From contig JAKLZA010000273.1 in the NCBI GenBank assembly GCA_030704615.1, positions 1 through 25,000 of the forward strand: 25,000 nucleotides of DNA, written 5' to 3'. Position 1 is the stretch's first letter. Every line of letters begins with the position of its first letter. The notes beneath the pieces were generated by a model that saw only the letters and a list, made by a program, of their open reading frames with translations, had not been told where the DNA came from and ran no database searches. Positions 11,393-21,948 of the stretch are shown piece by piece. The translations under genes and the position numbers were made by a program. This stretch comes from Takakia lepidozioides (lineage: Eukaryota; Plantae; Bryophyta).

Positions 11393-12475
11393 TTTTCCTT
11401 TACATATTGGAGTTTATCCTCCTTTATAGTTGCCTTCATTGATCACTTTTACTGTGAGGTTGAGGACCACTACATTGCCTAATCCAAGAAGAGCCCTGAC
11501 ATTCGATACAGAAGCTTGTGCATTGCTGTAAGATCTCATGGAACCTTGATCTACTATATTTAGGCAACCGTAAGTTCTCAATGACACCCTAGTGACGATT
11601 TCTGGGAGGAGTTTCATGTCTTGTGGGAGGAGAGTCATGCCCTCTCCGATTTTTAGAAGGAGAATGACGATCTCTTGGAGGTGAATCATGCCCTCCAACG
11701 TGCCGACTTTTAGGAGGAGAGGGGCCACTTCTTCGGGATTTAGGGGATACGCTGCCTTCCCTTTTGTTGTCAAGTGCTCTCATTGTCCACTGCATCCCCA
11801 ATGTCACCAAAGATCATGTCAAACTTTGAATTCTCCCACTTCAGAGGGTTGTTGAACACTAGTAAACATTGGTGTGAAGTATTAGAGAGAGGAATGTGTG
11901 TAAACAGGCTGATTGCTCCTTTAGCCAGGTACCCAGAACAGCCTGGTACTACATATTTCGAACCCAGCACTGGATAGTGTGGACGAATGCCATCAAGATG
12001 AAGGCCCGCTAAGCCACAACTCAGCTCTCTTATGTTAGAAAACCTTCAGCGTGCTTAAGATGAGAATAAACTCATTGGACAATGTTAAATGTTCCCAAGG
12101 AGGAGAAATGAAATGGTGCTTTATAACGTCCGCGGAAAGCTCAATGAGCTTATGGGACAAAATGGAAGAAAACATGAGAGAGGAACTTCACAGCTTACCT
12201 AGTCCACTTGCAGAGAAAGAGAGATGACTCAGAGCTGCACTGCAGCATACTAAAAATCATCTCTCAGTTTTGGTGGGTAATGTAAGGCACGTTTCGGTCT
12301 AGAAAACATCCTTATCCTAAAGACCTCAGCAAGGGGTCTCCTTTTAATTAGATCACAGTAGCCTTGAATGAGGTCAGGCATGAAGGTTTGAATAATATGT
12401 GATGGGCAGTTCATTCACCATGGAATGTAATTTTTGATTCATAAACTTTGAGGTACATGTATCTGCAAATTTGGT
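11393..12475. repeat. About 1.08-kb segment, copy 2 of the direct repeat (copy 1 at 2699-3744)
   Basis: Colinear with copy 1, but with an extra insert of about 75 bp at 12103-12179. Confidence 0.95.
12103..12179 (-). mobile_element. 5'-truncated 3' end of a second non-LTR-type element with a (CATTT)n tail
   Basis: Its reverse complement matches 16940-17031. It is absent from the paralogous site near 3433-3443 in repeat copy 1. Confidence 0.8.
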
Positions 12476-12614
12476 TCTTTCAATTGCAAAATATAGTTGG
12501 TTAAAATATTGTAATATTAAAAGGGCGAGGGCTATGCTCACCCAGCTACACATACAGCAGTAAGTTTAATTGGCTGTCTCTAAGTCAGCTTTATTCTTGA
12601 CCATCAGAAGTGGT

Positions 12615-12924
12615 TCTCGAGGCTGAGCCTCAAGCCCTAGCCCTGTTGGGGTCTAACTTTTGGGCTGCTCACACACTTCTGGGTATGACAGGGTATAACA
12701 GAAACTACATCAAGGCTTAGCTATGACAGCAACTGTTCCTTGGTTTGTGCGAACTTAAGGCTTTCTAGAGGATATCTGCAAAGCCCGAACTAGTTGTTTA
12801 TATCAAGGTGTCTCACTACTGGAGTGAGCCCCTCACAAAGGTAGTGCCTACTCCCTATGTTCCCGTGCAAACTGGGCGCGAGGTCTATGGCCACAAGGCT
12901 ACGGCAAACCAAGTCTTATGAGTA
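12615..12924 (+). mobile_element. 5'-truncated, diverged RTEX-like LINE copy with a 13-bp target-site duplication
   Basis: Aligns to the last ~250 bp of the 18612-21320 element and ends ...ggccacaaggctacggcaaaccaagtcttatgagta. It is flanked by CATCAGAAGTGGT at 12602-12614 and 12925-12937, and carries an internal unrelated stretch of about 70 bp. Confidence 0.9.
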
Positions 12925-12971
12925 CATCAGAAGTGGTCTAGTGATGAGAAAGGAGGACGTGGTGGATGTAC

Positions 12972-14239
12972 CATGTCCAGCAAGAGTTGGTACTTAAAAT
13001 CCAGCAAATTCCATCGCTCTTTGAGGTCCTTCATTTCCCGTGCTTGAGATGTAAACTGGTCGAGATCTTTCTTCTGCACAGTATGCAAACAATTCATGCT
13101 TTGAACACTCATTTCTGCTCATTTCTGTAATCTCCGTCTTGCAAGGCTCCGAAAGGAGAACCTAAAAAAATAGTTCTTTAGTTGAAAACTTGTTTGGAAT
13201 GGACCTGCACGTAAAGGTACCAAGTGCTGTATTAAACCCCACGAAACTTCAACAATTGAGCACAATGGTCCCGTTCGAATGGACAGGGAATGCATGTACA
13301 AATATGCCCAGCTTCAATGACAGCCGCTAATGTATTACGGACGTACAGTCTGGAATGATGACTCTAAAATGTCTTTTGTTGCAGGATCAATGGTCTGGAA
13401 ATATTCATGATATGTACCATTTTTCGCCTGTCTCGGCGAAGTTGGACAAGCTCTTGTTCAAGGCTCTCGCCACTGGCTGGAAAGTCGGGAACTTCATATT
13501 CTGCATGGATAGGGCCCACTTTTTGAGTTCACGGAAGATGCGGTGTAGCTTCATGTCCACATGGAGAATATCAAACACCCGCGCCTCGAACTTGTAGGAC
13601 TCTCGTGGGGACATATTATGTATCCTTGCAGGGCTCAGATGAGTCTCCGCTTCTTATTATTTAAGACCTCTACCCCAATGCAGTTGGAGATGGTGGTTTG
13701 AAACTCTGCAAGCTGGATGGATTGAACTTTAAAAGACATGACATGATCAAGGATCTAGTCCATAATCTGGTGAAGTGGCAGAGAAACTGCAAGGAAGTGG
13801 AGCATCTCTGGAAGTTGGTGGATGTATGGTGTAGGATTTGAAATCGGCAGAACAGAGCAGACCTGGTGACCATACACAATCTTGAAAGGTAAGGTGATGG
13901 CCACCCAACTGAAGGGTTATGGGGCCCATGTGTGCGGCTTCCGCCATAGCCGCCTCCGACCGCGGCAACCTGTTCTTGCTGCGCATCCATTACTTCCATC
14001 CCACACCAGCACCTCTTTAGATTTCATCAATTTCGTTGGACTTAAAATAATACCACTATGCTTTAGTGCAAAGCCTGAAAACTTGTATGACAAACAGGAG
14101 AAAGAAGAAGAAGAAGAACAACAACAAGAAGAAGATCAAGAAGAAGATGAAGAAGATCCTCCCTTCGGAACCAGCATTTCGAGGTTTTGGACGTGTAAGG
14201 GGAAGAGGAATGGACGAACCTGAACTTGAAGACACCCAT
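12972..14239 (-). pseudogene. Chibby-like (basal body/ciliary coiled-coil) gene, probably damaged; predicted exons 14239-14220, 13978-13863, 13161 to about 13111, 13073-12972
   Basis: The spliced reading is MGVFKFS|KNRLPRSEAAMAEAAHMGPITLQLGGHHLTFQDCVWSPG|SPFGALQDGDYRNEQK..|KKDLDQFTSQAREMKDLKERWNLLDFKYQLLLDM|. This resembles the Chibby motifs G.P.M.L.G..L.F..G.W and NLL..K...LLDM. Phases match across introns 1 and 2. The exon 3 donor is not recognisable (TGA in frame, 10-bp tandem duplication), and no terminal exon was found. Confidence 0.6.
14102..14156 (+). repeat. Compound (AAG)n/(AAC)n microsatellite in predicted Chibby-like intron 1
   Basis: aagaagaagaagaagaacaacaacaagaagaagatcaagaagaagatgaagaaga. 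Confidence 0.85.
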
Positions 14240-14393
14240 GTTGCAATTGATGGCTAATTTCAACGTGTATGCTCAGTATTGCAGTATGCGTCTAAGTAGC
14301 TACTGAAACACAGAGAAAGGGAAAATTACAAAGAAACCGAACAGAAGTTGTGAGTTTTTAAACTGAGTGATGTCCAATCTTTGTACATAATAT

Positions 14394-14395
<2 letters not shown>

Positions 14396-14470
<75 letters not shown>
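14396..14470 (+). repeat. Pure (GA)37 microsatellite between divergently oriented genes
   Basis: An uninterrupted 75-nt GA run. Confidence 0.98.
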
Positions 14471-14472
<2 letters not shown>

Positions 14473-15253
14473 GAGGGGGGGAGAGCGCCCCCAGCGCGCA
14501 GCCAGTAACAGAAGCAGTTTTGCAGAAGTGGGTGGCGCATCGTCTTGTAAGTTAGCCGTGATTCAGTTGGTTGCACATGAAGGTGGCAAGGCCACATGAC
14601 CTCTACTGTAGTACACAATACATTAACGGCCATGCTCCTTAAGTTACCGAACCCCAGGCCCCGGGAAGATTCCAATATCTCGGGATATACCTAAGGGCTC
14701 CAGACTCACATCACAATACTGGACACAGGGTCGCTAGAACTAGGAGGAACCATTCCGTGATGAGCTGCTTGTTTTTTCCTCTAAAAGTCACCTTTGGCCT
14801 TCCAATGTACACTAAGTTAGGGGCTGATATTTGATACTAATCCCTTTGTGTTACGGATATGGATGTCGTGTCAAACATTCCCCACCTCTTTTTGTTTTTG
14901 GATGTTATGTAGTACATGCCACTGTGCGTGGTCACTGTTGAAGTCCGAAAGGAGAGCTCCGTGGAAAGGGCCTGTTGTCATGGCAGCCATGTGGCTTCCA
15001 CTTTACTGTGCGAGTACAGTGTCTACACTTGGCGAGGAGGAGAAGCAGTGTCTGCAAGGTCCTGAAAATTGCCAAGTGTAAAGGATGCAAAAAGTTCTGG
15101 TCTTTGCATTGTATGTACAGCTCGTGTCTTGTCACTCTTTGGGCCTCAGCTTCCTGTCCCCCTTCTCTCTCTTTCTTTTTCAGTTGCTGGGCTCTTGTGT
15201 TAAGCTAACTATCATTGGCAGCTGGTAGCAAGCGAGGCAACAGTGTCGCAGCT

Positions 15254-18200
15254 ATGCTGTCTGCTAACGTCCCTACCTCATTCTTGTTGCTGGGTTCCAA
15301 AAGAAGCAAACCGGTATGCTCATCTTCAAGCCCCCCTGAATTTAGCTCACAGCAGTTGAAGCATCCATTAATTCATTGTAGGCAGAAGGGAAATAGCAGG
15401 GAAAATTGCCGCACCATGTTTTCGTCTGACTTCAATTCAAGTCTTTCAATGGTCACGGGACTCGGGAAATCACTTGTTCAAAGACCCGGGCAAATGGGTA
15501 GCCAAACTGACCAAACGTGTGAGAATCCTGAGGTATCCAAGGCCAACAGACGGGAAGAATTAAATGGCTCAAGTACCCAACAAAAGGATTCAAGACGTAC
15601 GCCTCAAGAGGAGCAGAAATTAGATTGGGAAAATCTGCCGACCCTACCCGAGGAGGTGGATGCCTCTTCTAAGCATCCATTAGACCCTCATAGACCAAAT
15701 TTCAGCCCCCTCTTGCCAGAAGCATTGCGGCCATATCCTTCGTTTGAGGGCTGGTTCAGCCGGCTCTGGGACCCTTCAAGTGGGCTGAGCGTGGCCGTGG
15801 TTATGGCTACCAATTATGCGACAGACGAGAGCCAGGTCACCCTTCTCTTCACGCCAGGGCCGCACGAGGTTGGGAAAGGCAATGGGGCTTCCAAAGGGGA
15901 CAGAGAGAGCATCACGTCCGGGTACACTTATGCTGTGGCCGTCAAAACAAAGGTGGGTCTATTCTCCCTCGACTGTTGTCCTACTGTGTGCCAGATCTTC
16001 TAATTTGGGACCTTGCTGGCTGAGAGACCGGCTGCGAGCTCGCTAAACAGTTTGATACTGAGATTAACATCCAGCTGGGAGCTTTAATTTTGCAGGGACC
16101 ATCCCGCACAGGCAATGGCAATGCTTTGGCACTACATTTGTGAGGGAATTCCCTGAAGATAGTATTATGCTACGCTGTAGTCGATTCAAACTTAAGTTGA
16201 ATCAATCAATTCTCTTTTCCTGTGTATATACAAGATGATCAGTATTTTGTGCAGGTTCATCATCCTTGCTGTTCAGGAATGTGGCATAGGTAATTTTGCA
16301 TGACGCAGAAATCTCAGAAGGACTTGAAATCTCATGCTTGAAATCGGAATGCTAGCTCCGTCAGAGCTTCCTAAGAGAGGAGAACCCATTCAGACACTTC
16401 CACTGGGGGGCCAGTAGGGGGAGGATGGGCGAGAGTTAGAAAAGAGAAACAAGTTCATAAGGAAGGAACTTCCCGTTCACTGATGCCCAAAAACAAAAAG
16501 GGGGCAGGTGGGCAGGGGACATATGAACTTTCAGTATTTCTGTGAATGGTGGGTTTTGGTGGATGTGTAGGATGCAAGGTTCTCAGAGATGGAAAATGCG
16601 GAAGAATGGGACGAGAATAACTTGGGACTGGAGCCGAAGGGCTTCGAATGGGAGGCCCGCAGGGTAGGCCGCATTGTAGTCACCCCCCACGTAACTGATA
16701 TCGATGTCACTGTGGAAGGCTACAATTTCAAAGCACATCTGACCAAAGAGGTCTTCTCTTCTCCCCCTTTGTTTGTTATACGGTTCTCTCCCATAAGATC
16801 CTTCTTCTTCTCTCTCTCTCTCACTGAAGTCTTCCACTATGAAGATCAGAAATGCTTGGCACTTGCCTGCACTAGGCTCTCACCCTTAGACAATCACTCG
16901 AGCTATAGTTTTTATCTTTGGCTCTGGTTTTGTTTGGTTTCTCATGCTTTCTTCCGTTTTGTCCCATAAGCTCTATGAGCTTCCCGCGGACGTTATAAAG
17001 CACCATTTCATTTCATTTCATTTCATTTCTCTTTGTTTCTCTCTAGCCTCTTCCTTTCCTTCGGGGAGTAGTTAAATTTTTCCATCTTCTCTTCCTTCTC
17101 TGGGCTTGTGTTCGAGCATGTAGACTCAAAACATTTTGTATCCGTCTTGTTTTGTGTTATGATTACTCACACTTGGATCTCTTCTGTGTGCCATTTGTAT
17201 AGTTGCTGTGGGATGCTCATAAATCAGAGAAGGGCCCTGAAGGGTGGGCAAGATATGTGACCATAATCCCCACACACTGGTATGTATACAGTCTTGGATC
17301 AACTTGCGAATATAGCTTTTCAAATCCAGAGAAGGGCATAAACAACTCAGGCGTTGGGTGGGCACATTTTGAGAAGAACTGGGGTCAGACCTTCCCAGCA
17401 GGGCATGTCTGGTTACAGGCCTGCACAGCAGAAAATACTTCTCAGGTTTGGTGCTTCAGAACTTGGACTTCTTCTGAAACCATATTACTAAAGAAAGAAC
17501 CTTGATAACCTGCATGGGAAGCCCAAAGACAACCCAAGACAGCTGCCAGGACGGCCTATGAGACCCAATGGAGTGAGATTGAAGTGCAGACAGAAATGCT
17601 CACCCATGCACAGTTGCTATAGAGCAGAAAGGGGAGGCAGATAATCAAACACCATTTGAACTAAACTTACTAAATCCAACCTGCGAAAAGTTTTGAATGA
17701 GGCCATCAAGGTCATGGAAGAGAAACTTGCATGATGGCCACAGAAAAAGAGGGACCTGGATCGACCTAGAAGAGATCTGTGAATGTTGAAGATCAAAATC
17801 TCCCTGCGTCCCAAGTGGGCTGATTTTTACATCCTGGGGTCTTGCAGCTGCTGTGTGCAGGAGCGTACTTCAAGACCCCAGGGGGCAAATTGGAATCACC
17901 CTACATCTTTTCAATGGCCTATCGCTCAGCCACCCTGCAATTGGATTTTCGAACAAATGATGTGGGCATAGTGTTCAAAGACATTCATTTTGCTCCCCTC
18001 GAGAGCCGCTTCTCTGTCACTGCAGTTGGCCCATCACACACCGTGGAGGTGAGTTCTCTCTCTCTCTGTCTCTCTCTCTTCAATGGCCACAAGGCTAGTC
18101 AATGGCCACAAGGCTACGGCAAACAACGTCTTATGAGTACAATCTCTCTCTCTCTCTCTCTCTCCCGCTCAAACTGGGCGCGGGGTCAATGGCCACAAGG

Positions 18201-21200
18201 CTATGGCAAACAACGTCTTATGAGTACAATCTCTCTCTCTCTCTGCCCTTTTCCTCTCCACAACTGGTACACCTCTTACAATGTGGAGGGCTGTAGAAGC
18301 ATTGCTGGACTCAACCTACATGCATTTGAGTATGATGTCAAGGGCAGCCATCAACAGTGAATTCTCTGTAACCCTATTCTTGTGGGCTGTGTGAGAGTGC
18401 CGTGGTGCTTTCAGGAAGAGTGTCATATAAGGCAAAAACCGATGATGAGTCGGGAGGGTTAAGTATTTCAGAGGGAAGTATGAGCCATTCACTGTATCAT
18501 TTCTCTTTCATATGCACCTCAATGGTCGTTGCACTGCTGCTGTGCAAGACCACGTGCCTGTGATTGCATGGCCATTCAGTGTGGAAAGAATAAGACACAG
18601 AGAGAGAGAGATTGTACTCATAAGACGTTGTTTGCCGTAGCCTTGTGGCCATTGACCCCGTGCCCAGTTTGAGCAGGAACAAAAGGGACAGAACCTACCT
18701 CTGTCAGGGGCTGACATTGGTAGTGTGACTTACCATCATATATAGAATTAATCCGGGTTTCCCAGATGTCCTCTAGAAATCCCTTCACACAAGCATCAAT
18801 CTGCTGTGTGTGATTTGCCCAAAAACTAGGCCTCAGGAGGGCCTGGGCTTTTGGCTCAGCCTCGAGACTTTCAAAGTTGTTAAACAGGGGTACAGGCACA
18901 ATTCCCTTGATAGAATTGAAGAGAGCGTCTCTTTGGTGAGAGAACCCCGGACAGTGTATCAGAAAGTGAATACTGTCTTCAGATTGCCCACACAGCGGGC
19001 AATTGCACTCTCCCTTTCCTCTCTGCTTCTGTTTGCTGTTCAAAGGTAGGCTTCCTGCCCCGAGTTTAAATTTCAGTCTAGTGCCGAGAGTGGGTAGACC
19101 CTTGAGGTCATCCAAGATGTCCTCCCCCATGTCACTGACTGGAAACAAGTTCAGGGAAGTTTTCTGCCTAACCTCATTTTCATCAGACAATCTCATGGCA
19201 ACAGACATGGCTGAGGACACTACAGCCTCTAAGTCAGATTTATCCAGCAGGGTCAAGACTTGCGGATCCAGGTCCAGGTCCTTGAGGATCTCTTCTACTC
19301 TCTTCTGCCAGGACTTAGCCTGTTTGACAGGGCGGTCCTGTTTCCAAGATATAGAGTCGATTAACTTAGGATATCTGGTGTTGGGCATATGTTGCAGCTG
19401 ACCCCACCATCTGACCTTGAATTCATCTCGTCGGGAGCTTAAGGACGGAATGCCAAACTCACCCCGAACAGCCACATTGGCTGTTTTGGAGCATGCTGAC
19501 ATACACTCCTTAAGCACCCCCACTTGAATGGATTCTAGAGACTTTGCCTGGTTGGAGTTATCAACCCATTAGCAGATCCGTACTCCAAGGCAGGTCTAAT
19601 AACGCGACAAAGCATGGTTTTCTTAACCTCAGAGTTGACCCCTCTGCAGTGGAAAAGTTTAGTGAGCCCCAGAGCTTTGCCCTTGCCAGTTTGAACAACT
19701 TTCCGGATATGTGCATCCCAATTACAATTGGAGGAGAACTCAACGCCCAGGTAAGTGTAGGAAGGGAGGACCGGGATCTCTTGGCTACCCCACTGCCACT
19801 TAAGATCACTTCCTCCCTCTCCTCTGTCGTTGACTGCTACCACTGCACATTTGCTGACATTAGCCTCTAGCCCCCAAAGATCAAAGTATCTCTTCGCGCA
19901 ATCAATCAACTCCTGGAGATTGGTTGGAGTCTCCCCTATGCCTGCGAAGTCATCCGCAAACATAAGGGCTGGTATGGTGGTATCACCCACCCTTAACCCA
20001 AATCCCTCACTTTCCACATCCTCGAGGAGTTGATTGATGAAAACATCGAAGAGCAGAGGGGAGAGAGTACATCCTTGAGCTACACCTTGGTCTATGTCAA
20101 AGAAGTTGGACTTCTGTCCGTTAACAGTGACACAGCTTTTGGTGTGAGCATACAAGTTGTGGACAACTCTCCACATCTTTCCCTTGATCCCACAAGACCA
20201 GAGGCGGAACCATAGGCCATCTCTCCACACTGTGTCATAAGCCTTTTTGACATCCAGGAAAAAGACATAAGTGGGTTTCCCTTCTTTTTTCCTTCCCTGG
20301 ATAATCTGGCTTAGAGTGAAGATATGATCCACACAGCCCCTGTTTCGCCGAAAGCCAGCTTGGCCTTCGTGGAAACAACCTCTAGACTCCAGATCAACCT
20401 CGAGACGAGTATTTATAACTCTGCAGAATGTCTTGCCAACAGCATTGAGGAGCGTGATGCCACGGTAGTTCCCCGGTTCTTCTCTGTCACCCTTCTTGTA
20501 TAGATTGACAATGACCCCCTGTCGCCAGCGAAAGGGGATCATTTCAGTCTTCCAGATAAGGTTAAAGAGGAGAACTAGGGCCTCTATCATGGGATCGCCA
20601 CCGTGCTTGATAACCTCGTTGACAATACCATCAGGTCCACCAGCTTTATATCCATTTAAATGTTCAATTGCTTCCACAATCTCAGAAGAACTAATGGGAG
20701 CATTATAAGCCATTGAAATATACTCCAGTTCATCAGGGCTGTTTGAATCATAGGAACAGTTTTTCCAACTGTGTCCCTCCATTCAGCAGAAGACCCCTCA
20801 CTGTTAGACCTAGAAGTTCTGCCAAGGATACTGTAGTGAGTTTCAAAGGTTTTGACAATGTCAACCGATGAAGTCACCACTGCACCTTTAGTAGTCTTCA
20901 GCGCTTGTACTTGCTGACCGTTTTTCGGCTTGTACAAACGTTGAAGGGCCAACCAGAATTTCTTGTCATTACCACCATGGTGGTTTGAGTTTATTTCACT
21001 GTATAACTTGTCCCAGTATAATTTCTTCTGAGACCTAACAAACTGATTGATATCTTTACGGAGCTGGTAGTACCTCGCCCGCAATTCTCTGTTGGTTTCC
21101 AAATTGCAGCACTCTTTATAGAGGGCTCGTCTCTCAGCTATCTTGAGTTTAATCTCATTAGTCCACCAATTAACTGCTCTACTGCAGACAATTAGTTTCC

Positions 21201-21319
21201 TCCCAATGATCTTGTCAGCCACGGAGGAAACGAAACTCTCCCAAGAGTCCACTGCTCTTTCGACTTCATTTCTTGCGTTAACAGAGCGTGACTGAAGTTC
21301 TTGGAGCGATTGGACAAAA

Positions 21320-21373
<54 letters not shown>

Positions 21374-21894
21374 TAGCTTGTGTGTGTGTGAGGGAGAGAG
21401 GTTCGTTGTCCTCACTTGAGATGATATCAGCTCTTTCGCTTTGAGATTGAAGAAGACACAACATTTAAGGATCACTTGTGTTGTTCATATCACCACAGGA
21501 AAAAGAGGGATAGATCTTAAATTACTGGTCATGGAGATGGGAATGAAAGTCTCAAAAATTGGATGAGGGTAGAGTTCTAATGGAAAACATGAACTTGCCA
21601 TCCTTCATGCAGGTCACCGGTTATGCCCCATATGACACATTCTCCGAACCCATGTTGGCCCCTGTCACCAAACTGGATTGGGAGCCAGCATGCCGAGAGT
21701 CTTACCTGGCCACTGCAGAAGTTAAAATTTATGGGCACTTGGCATGGGGTATTGGCGGCAATAAAAAACTTGTGGAGCAGCAAACATTTGAATCGGCGGG
21801 ACTTGAGTTTGGGGAGGATTTACTGATGCAAGCCATACAGGATCAAGATATAGAGAAGAATGTGAGTGAACAGCAAGAGGCACCCGCCTACTAG
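15254..21894 (+). CDS. Tocopherol-cyclase-like protein, 534 aa, 5 exons (15254-15952, 16571-16750, 17203-17445, 17848-18048, 21613-21894)
   Basis: All four introns are GT-AG and phase 0, with no internal stops. Motifs include FEGW, GPEGW...HWYVYSLGS, AHFEKNWGQTFP.GHVWLQ, RESY.A.AEV and FESAGLEFG. The Ser-rich basic N-terminus resembles a transit peptide. The start codon is inferred as the first in-frame ATG. Confidence 0.85.
16940..17031 (+). mobile_element. 3' end of the (CATTT)n-tailed element in intron 2 (5' boundary unknown)
   Basis: tctcatgctttcttccgttttgtcccataagctctatgagcttcccgcggacgttataaagcac followed by (CATTT)5 at 17004-17028. Matches 12103-12179 in inverted orientation. Confidence 0.8.
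18055..18245 (+). mobile_element. Stack of tandem RTEX-like 3'-end micro-copies separated by (TC)n
   Basis: (TC)n, an 18-bp piece (18080-18097), a 45-bp piece (18098-18142), (TC)11, a 65-bp piece (18165-18229), then (TC)8. The two longer pieces end CTTATGAGTACAA. Confidence 0.95.
18599..21322 (-). mobile_element. 5'-truncated non-LTR retrotransposon (RTEX-like; RT plus C-terminal CCHC), 2.7 kb, antisense in intron 4
   Basis: Motifs: WW...I, KAGGPDGI, NYRGITLL, QAGFR, DVKKAYDTVWR, QGCTLSPLLF, FADD, YLG, LEYGS, AVRGEFG, CPLC...ED..HFL..CP. Frameshifts lie near 20770 and 19570. The TGA at 18618-18620 is followed by GTACAA(TC)n. The reading frame runs up to the GA tract starting at 21321. The clade call rests on motifs only. 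Confidence 0.92.
21321..21398 (+). repeat. (GA)n plus (TG)n microsatellite abutting the LINE 5' truncation point
   Basis: A GA run at 21321-21373 followed by a short TG run. Confidence 0.95.
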
Positions 21895-21948
21895 CGAGAG
21901 AGAGAGAGTGGTGTCCTACAGTCCAGCATTCATTTTGATAGAGACGCT

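Noticed and set aside
14378-14395. Another LINE micro-copy next to the (GA)37 (minus TTATGTACAA vs TTATGAGTACAA)
   Set aside because: The match is short and gapped, with no TC tail after it. It is compatible with chance.
13882-14675. ORFs with poly-E, poly-K, (RE)n or (LS)n tracts
   Set aside because: These are translations of microsatellites.
17670-17735. SNLRKVLNEA resembling CDC48 [10 protein letters not shown] in intron 3
   Set aside because: Too short, with no flanking similarity.
18080-18245. CRISPR-like repeat-spacer array
   Set aside because: The units are nested 3' ends of the neighbouring LINE separated by (TC)n. The context is eukaryotic and there are no cas genes.
18049-18360. 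C-terminal extension of the cyclase-like exon 4 (repeated QWPQGYGKQRLMST)
   Set aside because: Read-through past a strong GAG|GTGAGT donor into LINE micro-copies. The real C-terminus is exon 21613-21894.
18810-20708. Plus-strand ORFs overlapping the LINE
   Set aside because: Antisense shadows of the RT frame with no independent motifs.
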